Source: Pseudomonadota bacterium (lineage in GTDB: Archaea > Thermoplasmatota > SW-10-69-26 > JACQPN01 > JAJPHT01). From it: a stretch of 64,000 nt of DNA. The notes beneath the pieces were generated by a model. That model was not told where the DNA came from and searched no databases. It saw only the letters and a list, made by a program, of their open reading frames with translations. The stretch is from positions 32,001-96,000 of the forward strand of contig JAJPHT010000029.1 in assembly GCA_021325135.1 (NCBI GenBank), read 5' to 3'. Position 1 is the first letter of the stretch; each line of letters begins with the position of its first letter. This document shows, piece by piece, positions 1 to 9,000 of this stretch. The translations under genes were made by a program, and so were the position numbers.

Positions 1-96
1 CGTGCCCTGGTGGCCCGTGATGCCCTGGACGATGACCTTGGTGCTCCGGCCGATGGGGAAGCCCTGGGCCTTCTGCACCTGCACGGCGGCCGCCAT
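1..96 (-). CDS. sucD: succinyl-CoA synthetase alpha subunit, N-terminal fragment (runs off window)
   Basis: Manual translation MAAAVQVQKAQGFPIGRSTKVIVQGITGHQGT contains the SucD CoA-binding motif TKVIVQGITGxQG; lies downstream of sucC on the same strand. Confidence 0.9.
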   Translation of the reverse strand, partial: MAAAVQVQKAQGFPIGRSTKVIVQGITGHQGT

Positions 97-97
97 C

Positions 98-526
98 TCA
101 GCGACCCCCGCGCTTGGCGGACTTCTTGGCCTTCTTCGCGGCCTTCTTGCCCTTCTTCGCGGGCGCCTTCCTGGCGGCCTTCTTCGCCTTCCGGGGCGCG
201 GCGCGCTTGGCCTTCTTGGCGGGGCCCTTCTTCGCGGCCTTCGCCTTCTTGGCCGTCTTCTTCTTGGGGGCGACCTTCTTGGCGACCTTGGTGGCGGCGC
301 GGGCGGCGGCCTCGCGCACCTTGGTCTCCGCCTTCTGCTCCGCCTCGCGCGCGGCCTCCGCCGTCTTCTCGGCGACGACGCGGGCCTCCTGCGCGGCGGC
401 CTCGGCGGCCTTCTTCATCTCGGCGCTGGCGGCCTCGGCGACCTTCACGGCCATCTCGGCGGCGGCGTCCTTGAGGGCCTTCGCGGCCTCGCTGATCGTG
501 TGGGGCTTGCTCTGCGGGGTCTCCAT
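98..526 (-). CDS. Lys/Ala-rich histone H1-like protein (142 aa; helical Ala/Glu/Lys N-half, basic tail)
   Basis: C-terminal part of ORF 98..2500: METPQSKPHT...KKAAKKAKKSAKRGGR. ATG at 526 lies 2 nt after the sucC stop and is preceded by GGAGG. Confidence 0.8.
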   Translation of the reverse strand: METPQSKPHTISEAAKALKDAAAEMAVKVAEAASAEMKKAAEAAAQEARVVAEKTAEAAREAEQKAETKVREAAARAATKVAKKVAPKKKTAKKAKAAKKGPAKKAKRAAPRKAKKAARKAPAKKGKKAAKKAKKSAKRGGR

Positions 527-528
527 GC

Positions 529-1812
529 TCAGCGGCCTCCCTTCTTGGCCTTCTTCGCGGGCTTCGCCTTCTTGGCGGTCTTCTTCCTGGGCGCGGCGCG
601 CTTCGCGGCCTTGGCCTTCTTCGCGCGCTTCGCGGGCATCGCCGCCTCGGGGACCTCCACCTTGTAGGTGAGGGGCGGGAGCGGCTGGTTGGCGAGGACG
701 CGGCGCTCGATCTCGACGGTGAGCTTCGCGGCCTCCTGCAGCGTGTTGGTGGTGTAGAGGCCGGCCTCCTTGAGGATGGCGCGCGCCTCCTCCTCGTTCA
801 CGCCCTTGATGCGCGTGACGATGGGGAAGGGGATCTTCTCCTGGTCGAGCACCATCTTGAGCCCCTTGGCGACGGTGTCGCTCTTGGTGATGCCGCCGAA
901 GAGGTTGAGCATCATGACGGTGGGCTCGGCCTTCTTCATGAGCAGCACGCACTCGCGGACCTTCTCCGCGTTGTCGGTGCCGCCCAAGTCCAGGAAGATG
1001 CCCGGCTCGCCGCCGTAGTGCTTGATGGCGTCGAGGGTCGCCATGGTGAGGCCGGCGCCGTTGGCGATGATGCCGATCTTCCCGTTGAGCTGGATGAAGG
1101 CGATGCCCTTCTGCTCGGCCTCCCACTCCAGGGGCGTCTTCTCCTCCTTGGGCTCCTCGAAGTCCGCGTGGCGCCACGCGGCATCGTCGTCGAGGATGAC
1201 CTTGGCGTCGGCCGCGAGGACCTTGCCCTGGGGCGTGACCGCGAGGGGGTTGATCTCCAGGAGCTCGGCGTCCATGCCGCGGAAGGCGGTGACGAGCTTC
1301 GCGAGGATGCTCTCCACCTGCTTGCGCGCCTCGGGCGCGAGCCTGCTGCCCTGGAAGAGGGCGCGGGCGTGGAAGGGCTGGAAGCCGGTGACGGGGTGGA
1401 CGTGGACGCGCTTGATCTTCTCGTCGGGGACGCTCTCGATCTCGACGCCGCCCTCCTCGCTGTAGAGGATGAGGAGCGTGCGCGTCGCGCGGTCCAGCGA
1501 GACGCTGGCGTAGAGCTCCTTGGCGAAGTCGAGCTTCTCCACGAGGAAGACCTTCTCGACCTTGAGCCCCTTGATGTCCATGCCCAGGACCTGGCGCGTC
1601 TTGGCGACGGCCTGCTCCCAGGTGTCCGCGAACTGGATGCCGCCGGCCTTGCCGCGGCCGCCGACGAGGACCTGCGCCTTGATGACGAGGGGGTACTTGA
1701 GCTGGCCCTTCACGCGCTCCAGCTCGTCCATGGAGGAGACGACGACGCCCGAGGGGGTCGGGATGCCGAACCGCTCGAACACCTGCCGCCCCTGGTATTC
1801 GTAGAGCTTCAC
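529..1812 (-). CDS. sucC: succinyl-CoA synthetase beta subunit with a Lys/Ala-rich C-terminal extension
   Basis: GTG start (M)KLYEYQG; motifs KAQVLVGGRGKAGGI, EINPL, NGAGLTMATLD, FLDLGG. Confidence 0.95.
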   Translation of the reverse strand: MKLYEYQGRQVFERFGIPTPSGVVVSSMDELERVKGQLKYPLVIKAQVLVGGRGKAGGIQFADTWEQAVAKTRQVLGMDIKGLKVEKVFLVEKLDFAKELYASVSLDRATRTLLILYSEEGGVEIESVPDEKIKRVHVHPVTGFQPFHARALFQGSRLAPEARKQVESILAKLVTAFRGMDAELLEINPLAVTPQGKVLAADAKVILDDDAAWRHADFEEPKEEKTPLEWEAEQKGIAFIQLNGKIGIIANGAGLTMATLDAIKHYGGEPGIFLDLGGTDNAEKVRECVLLMKKAEPTVMMLNLFGGITKSDTVAKGLKMVLDQEKIPFPIVTRIKGVNEEEARAILKEAGLYTTNTLQEAAKLTVEIERRVLANQPLPPLTYKVEVPEAAMPAKRAKKAKAAKRAAPRKKTAKKAKPAKKAKKGGR

Positions 1813-1848
1813 CGGGGATCCACCTGGGGCGCGGGAACCCACCCCGGC

Positions 1849-1855
1849 ATAAAAA
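1849..1855 (-). promoter_or_regulatory. probable archaeal TATA box for the sucC operon
   Basis: TTTTTAT on the minus strand, an AT island about 37 nt upstream of the sucC GTG in very GC-rich DNA. Confidence 0.5.
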
Positions 1856-2086
1856 GGGATTGGGCGGCGTGGCCTTGCGGCGCGCCGCCGCGGCGCCTAC
1901 GCGCCGGAGGTCCAGCGCCCGCGCTGGCCGGCCTCGCCGCAGATCGAAAATTGGACGCGAGTGTTCAGGGTCGAGACGCCAGGGCCCCGAGAGAATCGAC
2001 CACGCTGCAGGGAAAAGCCTGCGCCCCGTTATCTTCCCGGGGGGCGCTGGAGGGTCCGGCCCTTCGTGGCCGGGAGAACCAACACC

Positions 2087-2428
2087 ATGAGCACCCTCCG
2101 CATCGCCCTCGCCCTTTCGATCTGCCTCGCCCTGCCCTTCCTGCTGCCCGAGGCCGCGGCGTCCAGCTGCACGGCCACCTCGGGCCACTCGTGCACGTTC
2201 ACGTGCGCCCTGGGCGACTTCATCCACGTCTCGGGCTCGCGCACGGGCTTCGGCTCCATCGGCGTGAGCGCGGAGTGCGGCGGCGCCAGCGCGGACTGCC
2301 TCGCCACGAACTTCGACGCGACGTGCTCGGGCTCCAGCCTGACGCCCGCCACCAGCGCGGCCGTGGGCACGTGCAGCACGTACACCACCGACTCGACGGC
2401 GACCTGCTGGACCTCGCCCCTTCCGTAG
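2087..2428 (+). CDS. small secreted Cys-rich protein (113 aa, 8 Cys in mature part)
   Basis: Signal peptide MSTLRIALALSICLALPFLLPEAAA; GGGAGA SD-like site; host-like codon bias. Confidence 0.8.
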   Translation: MSTLRIALALSICLALPFLLPEAAASSCTATSGHSCTFTCALGDFIHVSGSRTGFGSIGVSAECGGASADCLATNFDATCSGSSLTPATSAAVGTCSTYTTDSTATCWTSPLP

Positions 2429-2551
2429 GGCGAAAGAGTCCTCATCACCGCCCACCCCGGGGCATCCACGCCGAAGAACGACGTTTGGGATGGGATGCAC
2501 GATGGGGCGCGGGGCCCCGGGGCGGGCGGTGGATGAGAGGGAAGGCCGGCC

Positions 2552-2785
2552 TCAGCCGGCGTAGGACTTCTCCTGCTCGGCGCGCAGGACGCTGATCTCC
2601 AGCATGGCCTGGTTCACGTCGCGCTCGAACTCGCGGCGCGCGAGGGCCAGGACGCTGTTGCGGAACGCCTCGGTCATGGCGTAGCGCGGGCAGAGGAACT
2701 CGCCCGGCTCGGGGGCCATGCCCAGCGCGCAGGTCGAGCCCTTGCGCTGGGCGCAGTTGTCGCAGCTTGCGATCAGGATTGCCAT
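2552..2785 (-). CDS. small hypothetical protein with four Cys, possible metal-binding (77 aa)
   Basis: MAILIASCDNCAQRKGSTCALG...FLCPRY followed by a helical C-terminus; GGGAGAG upstream. Confidence 0.7.
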   Translation of the reverse strand: MAILIASCDNCAQRKGSTCALGMAPEPGEFLCPRYAMTEAFRNSVLALARREFERDVNQAMLEISVLRAEQEKSYAG

Positions 2786-3050
2786 TGCCAGTCTCTCCCC
2801 GGATGGGAGGGCCCCGTGCAGGTCGCGGCGCGCACACGCCGGGTGTCCGACCCGCGGAGGTTCCCCTTCGGTCGCCGCCCCGTTCCACGGGACGGCAGCA
2901 CCGGATGGCGCGGGAACCTCGCTTAACGCTTCGCTTCTCGGCCTGCTCATGAACCCCCTCGTTGCCAGGCGGGCTCGTTGCGGCCGTTCCCTGGGGGAGC
3001 GCCGCACCGCTGCGGGAAGCCCTTATGCCGGGGCCGCGAATGGGCAAGAC

Positions 3051-4304
3051 GTGGACGGGCTCGACCTGCTGCGCCGCGTGTGGCGACCGGGCGAGCCCGC
3101 GGCCTTCCTCGACGGGCCCTCCCCCTTCGTGGGCGTCGCACCCTCGGCGGCGCTCTGCGTGCGCGAGGGCCGCGTATGGCGCCGCGAGGGCGCCGCGTGG
3201 CGCGACGCCGGCGAGACGCCCTGGGACGCGATGCGCGCCTTCCTGCGCGGCGGCCTGCGCACCGTGGCGCTCCTCTCCTACGACGCGGGCCGCCTCGTGG
3301 AGCGCCTTCCTTCCCTGGCGCGCGACGACACGGCGCTGCCCCAGGTCGTGCTGCTGCGCTTCGACGCGGGCTGGGTGGGCGGCGAGCTTCGCGGCGACGA
3401 GGGCGCGCTGGCCGAGCGCGCGAAGGGCGATCCCCTGCCCCTCCCCCGCGGCGCGGTGGGCCCCGTGGAGCCTTCGATGCCCCGCGAGGCGTTCGAGGCC
3501 ATGGTGCGCCGCGCCCAGGAGCGCGTCCGCGAGGGCGACGTCTTCCAGGTGAACCTCAGCCACCGCCTGGAGGCCGACTGCACGCTCCACCCGCTGGACC
3601 TCTTCGCGCGCCTCTCGCGGGCGAACCCGGCCCCCTTCCGCGCCTTCCTCCAGACGGGCCCGCTGCCGGGCGATCCCGAGGGGTTCCACGTGGTGAGCGC
3701 GAGCCCGGAGCGCCTCGTCCGCGTGGAGGCCGGCCGCGTGGAGGCGCGCCCCATCGCCGGCACGCGCCGCCGCGGCGCGACCCCGGAGGAGGACGCGGCC
3801 CTGGCGGCGGAGCTGGCCTCCGACGGCAAGGAGCGCGCGGAGCACGCCATGATGGTGGACCTGGCGCGGAACGACCTGGGCCGCGTCGCGCGCTTCGGCA
3901 GCGTCCGCGTGCCGCGCTTCTCCGCCGTGGAGACGTACCGCACCGTCCACCACCTGGTGAGCACCGTGGAGGGCGCCCTCGCGCCGGGCCGCGACGCGGT
4001 GGACGTGCTGCGGGCCCTCTTCCCGGGCGGCACCATCACCGGGGCGCCCAAGGTGCGCGCCATGGAGGTCATCGAGGAATTGGAGCCCGTGCGGCGCGGC
4101 GTCTACACGGGGAGCCTCGGCTGGATCGCGCCGGGGGGCGACATGGACCTCAACATCCTCATCCGGACCCTCCTGGTGAAGCGGGGCCGCGTGCACCTCC
4201 AGGTGGGGGCGGGGATCGTGGAGGAGAGCGATCCCGCCCGCGAGTGGGAGGAGACCCTCGCCAAGGCCCAGGGCGTGCTCCTGGCGCTGGGGGCCGCGCC
4301 GTGA
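3051..4304 (+). CDS. pabB: aminodeoxychorismate synthase component I (chorismate-binding MST family)
   Basis: Motifs LLSYDAG, GDVFQVNLS, SPERL, RPIAGT, KERAEHAMMVDLARNDL, FPGGTITGAPK; overlaps a pabC-like gene by GTGA. Confidence 0.85.
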   Translation: MDGLDLLRRVWRPGEPAAFLDGPSPFVGVAPSAALCVREGRVWRREGAAWRDAGETPWDAMRAFLRGGLRTVALLSYDAGRLVERLPSLARDDTALPQVVLLRFDAGWVGGELRGDEGALAERAKGDPLPLPRGAVGPVEPSMPREAFEAMVRRAQERVREGDVFQVNLSHRLEADCTLHPLDLFARLSRANPAPFRAFLQTGPLPGDPEGFHVVSASPERLVRVEAGRVEARPIAGTRRRGATPEEDAALAAELASDGKERAEHAMMVDLARNDLGRVARFGSVRVPRFSAVETYRTVHHLVSTVEGALAPGRDAVDVLRALFPGGTITGAPKVRAMEVIEELEPVRRGVYTGSLGWIAPGGDMDLNILIRTLLVKRGRVHLQVGAGIVEESDPAREWEETLAKAQGVLLALGAAP

Positions 4305-5122
4305 GCCTGGTCCACCTCAACGGCTCGCTGGTCCCGGCGGAGGAGGCGCGCGTCAGCGTGCACGACCGGGGCTTCCTCCTTGGCGATGGCCTCTTCGAGA
4401 CGCTGCGCGCCCACTCGGGAAGGCCCGCGTTCCTGGGGGAGCACCTGGCGCGGCTGCGGCACGGGTGCGAGGCGATGCGCTTGCCGTTCCCGGAGGATCT
4501 GCCCTCCCGGGTCGCGGCGACGCTGGAGGCCAACCGCGCGGGGGACTGCGCGGTGCGCGTCACCCTCACGCGGGGCCCCGGAGGGAGGGGCGCCTCGCCG
4601 CGCGGCGCGGGCCCGCCCACCGTGCTCGTCGCCCTCTCGCCCATCCCCTACGAGGAGGCCCTCTACGCGCGGGGCCTGGGGGCCATCGTCTCCCGGGTGC
4701 CGCGGGGCCCGGCGGCGGTGAAGACCACGAGCTACGCGGCCAGCGTGCTGGCGCGGATCGAGGCCGACGAGGCGGGCGCGGACGAGGCCCTCTTCCAGGA
4801 CGAGGCGGGGCGCCTGCTGGAGGCCACCCAGGCGACCCTCTTCGCGGTCCGCGACGGCGCGCTCCTCACCCCGCCGCTGGGGCCCATCCTGCCCGGCGTC
4901 ACGCGGGCGAAGCTGCTGGCCCTCGCCCCGCACGCGGGCCTTCGCCCCGTGGAGGCGCCCCTCACCCGGGACGACCTGCTCGCGGCCGACGAGGCGATGC
5001 TCTGCGCCAGCGTGCTGGAGGTGGCGCCCCTCGCCTCGCTGGACGGCAAGCCGCTGCGCCGCGGCCCCTTCGCGCAGACGCTCCGCGCGCTCTATCGGCT
5101 CCAGGCGACGAGCAGCGGGTGA
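4301..5122 (+). CDS. pabC: class IV PLP aminotransferase / 4-amino-4-deoxychorismate lyase
   Basis: DRGFLLGDGLFET, HLARL, KTTSY, ILPGVTR; translationally coupled to pabB. Confidence 0.8.
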   Translation: MSLVHLNGSLVPAEEARVSVHDRGFLLGDGLFETLRAHSGRPAFLGEHLARLRHGCEAMRLPFPEDLPSRVAATLEANRAGDCAVRVTLTRGPGGRGASPRGAGPPTVLVALSPIPYEEALYARGLGAIVSRVPRGPAAVKTTSYAASVLARIEADEAGADEALFQDEAGRLLEATQATLFAVRDGALLTPPLGPILPGVTRAKLLALAPHAGLRPVEAPLTRDDLLAADEAMLCASVLEVAPLASLDGKPLRRGPFAQTLRALYRLQATSSG

Positions 5123-5206
5123 AATGCACAAACCGTCACCCTCATCAAGGTGGCACGACGACTGGCCCGCGGGCGCAAGCCCATGGTGGGATCGCACACG
5201 CAACCG

Positions 5207-5356
5207 ATGCAGAGCCAGCTTTTCCTGGAGCGCCGCTTCCAGCTGCCTTCCGACGCGCCGCGCAAGCTCGTCGAGGACATCGAGTCCTACAGCGCCTTCG
5301 TCGAGATGCAATCGCGCATGACGGGACCTGCGTCCTGGTACCAGCGATTGGCCTGA
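5207..5356 (+). CDS. small hypothetical protein (49 aa)
   Basis: MQSQLFLERRFQLPSDAPRKLVEDIESYSAFVEMQSRMTGPASWYQRLA; protein-like composition and GC3 bias; no family recognised. Confidence 0.45.
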   Translation: MQSQLFLERRFQLPSDAPRKLVEDIESYSAFVEMQSRMTGPASWYQRLA

Positions 5357-5461
5357 CGCGGGGGTTCGGGGGGCCGCCGCCCCCTGAGACCCGCTCTCTC
5401 TCGATCCAACGGTCGCCGTACTACGAAGGACAAACCCTTCGGCGTGCGAAGAAGCGAGCGG

Positions 5462-6010
5462 ATGAAAGCAAGCTCCCTCCTCGCGGTCGGGTCCGTGGTC
5501 CTTCTGACGTTGGCGACTGGCGCGCAGGCCTCCGGCGGTCCGGCCCCGGACGCCCCGGCTCCAAGCGTGTGGGTGAGCGAGCAGGCGGATTCGGGTCCGA
5601 CGACCACGATCCAGGGCTGCTCCGTCTACGTGCACGCCGATCACGTTCCCGCGGCGTCGGGACAGGTCTCGGTCGTGTGGCGCTCCCAGGGGCCTGGAAA
5701 CCCGGAGTTCGCGAATGCGACGTGGACCGGGACGCCCGAGGCCGACGGCCACGGCTTCTCGGTGCTGTTTGGCCCGGTCGCGATCCCAAACGCCCAGGAG
5801 CAGCAGAAGGCTCCGATGATGGCCTTCGCCGTCCTGGAATGGAACGCGGGCCCGGGCAGCGACGTGCAGGTCGAGTTCAGCCCGGACTTCACCCCCTTGT
5901 GCCAGACCACGGCGAGCGTGCCGTTCTTCCCGTCGCCCCTGGCCCTGGGCTTCGCCGTGGCGGGGAGCGCGGGCGTGGCCGGCGTCGCGCTCTTCGCGCG
6001 CCGGAAGTAG
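5462..6010 (+). CDS. secreted protein with C-terminal VPFFP-TM-RRK sorting-like signal
   Basis: Signal peptide MKASSLLAVGSVVLLTLATGAQA; C-terminus VPFFPSPLALGFAVAGSAGVAGVALFARRK. Confidence 0.8.
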   Translation: MKASSLLAVGSVVLLTLATGAQASGGPAPDAPAPSVWVSEQADSGPTTTIQGCSVYVHADHVPAASGQVSVVWRSQGPGNPEFANATWTGTPEADGHGFSVLFGPVAIPNAQEQQKAPMMAFAVLEWNAGPGSDVQVEFSPDFTPLCQTTASVPFFPSPLALGFAVAGSAGVAGVALFARRK

Positions 6011-6026
6011 GTCGCGGGATGGGCGC

Positions 6027-9000
6027 CTAGGGGAGGATGCCCGGCGTGTACGTCGCGGTCGACGTGGCCGTCTCCGTGTCGCCGCCGTAGCTCCCCTCCA
6101 GCGTGGCCGTCGCGTGGATGACGTGCGTGCCGGGGAGGTTCATGACGACGGCGTCGACGGGGAGCGGGAACATGGCGGAGCCGTCGTCGCGCGTCGTGGC
6201 GGTGAGTTGGTGCAGCGGGACCTCGGGGCCTCCCGGCGAAGGCTGCCAGCCGATCTGGACGTCCACGTCGTGGTGCGCCAGCGCGCCGAAGGGGGGGTCG
6301 CGCAGCGTGACGAAGCCCAGCCCGCGCGTGGGGGTCTCCAGGTAGGCCCACGCGACGGCGGTGAGGCGATCGTCCACGACCAGCGTGGCGTTGCGCTCGG
6401 AGACGACGCCGTCCTGGTCCGTGACGCGCAGCGTGACGACGTGGGGGCCCACGGTGGCGAACGTCCACGAGACGTTGGCCCCCTTGGCCTGCGCCTGGAA
6501 GCCGTCCGAGGGGTCGAAGTCCCAGGCGTAGGAGAGCTTGCGCGAGTCGCCGTCGGGGTCCGCGGAGCCCCAGCCGGAGAACGGGGCCGCGACGGTGACG
6601 TTGGCGGAGGCTGGAAGTGTTAGCGAGACGACGGGGGGCGCGTTCACGGCCAGCGAGACGTTGAGCGTCTGCGAGGCGTTGAGCGTGCCGTCGCTGGCGA
6701 CCACCGTGAGCGTGTGGCTCCCCGCCTGCGCGGGGGTGGAGGCCCACACCAGCGTCGCGCCCGAGAAGGAGACGCCGGGGGGCGCGTCGGGGCTGCTGAA
6801 CGTGAGGGGGTCGGAGTCGGGGTCGTTGGCCGCGAGGGGCACGCGGAGCGTGGCGCCCGCGCGGCCCGCCTGGTCGGGCAGCGGCGCCAGCGTCGGCGCG
6901 CGGTCCGCGTCGTCGATGACCAGGGTGGCGTCGGCGCTGGCGGTGAGGTTGCCGTCGTTCGCGCGGAACGTGACCACGTAGGTCCCCGCCTGGAGGTAGG
7001 TGGGCGTCCAGCGCAGCACGCGCGCGTTGGGGTCGAACGAGGCGCCCGCCGGAAGGTGCGTCGCCGAGTAGGCGAGCGCGTCGCCGTCGGGGTCCGTCGC
7101 CGCCACCTGGAGCTGGAGGGGCTGCATCTCGCGGCCGCGCGCCGCGGGGATGGGCGAGAAGGCGGGCGCGCGGTCGAGGTCCGCGACGCGCAGCGCGACG
7201 ACGTTCTGCGTCAGGTTGTGGCCGTCCCACGCCTGGAGGGTGAGGTTGTAGGTCCCCGCCTGCGTGTAGTCGGGCGTCCACGAGAACTGCGCCGTGCCGT
7301 TGCCCAGGTCCGAGAAGCGCGCGCCCACGGGGTTCCCCGAGTCGAAGAGCGACACGCGGTCGCCGTCCACGTCGGAGCCGCGCGCCAGGAACGATAGCAC
7401 GGAGCCCTCGCTGGCGGCGAGAGGGCCCTCGATGGAGAGGAGCGGGGGCGCGTTGCGGTGCCCCACGGTGAGGTTGATCGCCTCCGCGTCGGAGAGGAAC
7501 CCGTCGCTGGCCGCGAAGGTCACGGGGCCGTACGCACCCTCCTGCGTGAAGTCGGGCGTCCACGAGAAGCTTCCCGACGCCGTGTCGAAGGTGGCGCCTT
7601 CGGGAAGCCCCGTCGCGGAGAAGGTGACGTTGTCCTGGTCGGGGTCCGCGGCGGAGAGGCGGAACGCGAGGCGCTCGCCCTCGCCCACGACGCGGTCGCC
7701 AATGGGGGAGAGCACCGGCGCGGCGTCGGACACGTCGAACGCCCGCGTCGTGGCGCCGGTCCATCCGTCGGAGTCGGTGACGGTGAGCGTCGCGCTGGCG
7801 GGGCCGGGCGCGGCGAAGGCGTGCGACGCCTGCGCGCCGGTGGCGGTGGCGCCGTCGCTGAACGTCCACGCCCACGAGACGATCGCGCGGCCGCCGCTCT
7901 GTGAGGCGTCCGCGAACGCCATGGGCTTGCCCCACGAGGCGCCCTGGAGGGTGAAGCCCGCCGTGGGCGGGCAGACGCGCGCGGTGGGAATGCTATCGAC
8001 GTAGCAGCTCACGTCCACGGCGTTGCCGCTGCCCTGGTCCGCGATCTTGCCCAGGATGGCGGCGCGCGAGTAGACGCCCCAGTCGTTCTCGCGCGCGTCC
8101 ACGCTGGCGCCGCGGACGCCGGGCCCCAGCGCGAGCGCGGTCGTCCCGCGCAGGAGGTTCGCGGAGAGGCGCGCCGCGGACGCGCCATCGAGGCTCACCG
8201 CGGTGGAGGCGCCGCTGACGACGTAGTTCTCCAGGAGGACGGGCGAGCCGCCGCGCAGCGCGATGGGGCGGTCGGTGGAGGAGAAGACGAGGCCCGTGAG
8301 CGCGCCGCCCGCGGAGAGGTCGGCGTCGACGCCGCGCTCGAAGCGCAGGAGGCTGTCGTGCTCCATGACGAGGTTGGCGCCGCGCGCGTACACGGCGAGG
8401 GGCGCCACGCCCGTGCTGGCGGAGGGCTGGAAGATGTTGCCCGAGACGTTCACGTCGTCGGCGTAGGCGCGCACGATGGCCGCGTCCAGGGGCGAGGCGC
8501 TGGAGTTGGCCGCGATCTTCGCGAAGCTGTCGCGCACCGTCGCGCCGTCGCCCTCCAGGAGGTACGCGCTGGAGGGGCTCGCGGCGCCCATGGTCACGGA
8601 GTTGCCGTCCGCCACGAGGCGATGCGCGGCGGGGGCGACGTGGACGCCCACGACGCCGCAGGGCGCGTGCGCGCAGGTGCCGTCGACGCCGCGGCTCGCG
8701 GGGAGCCCCGAGACGTCGTTTCCGTCGAGGAGCACGTCGTCGCCCCCCGCCACGTCGATGCCGTAGGTCATCCAGCGGCTTGCCAGGGGGCCGGGCTGCG
8801 CGCCGTTCGCGCGCAGGACGTTGTGGCGCGCGACGTCGCGGTCGCCGGTGATCAAGAGGAGCGCGGGTCCGACGCTGGCGCCCGCGCTCTGGTCGGTGGC
8901 GGTGAGGTTGGGGTTCTGGAGGACGAGGCCGCGGAGCGTCGCGTCGGGCGCGAGCATCCGCACCAGGGAGAGGCCGTCCGCGCGCCCGTCCACCACCGCG

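Noticed and set aside
527-2500. Upstream ~660 codons of the 800-aa ORF 98..2500
   Set aside because: Overlaps sucC out of frame; only the last 142 codons from ATG 526 look like a real protein.
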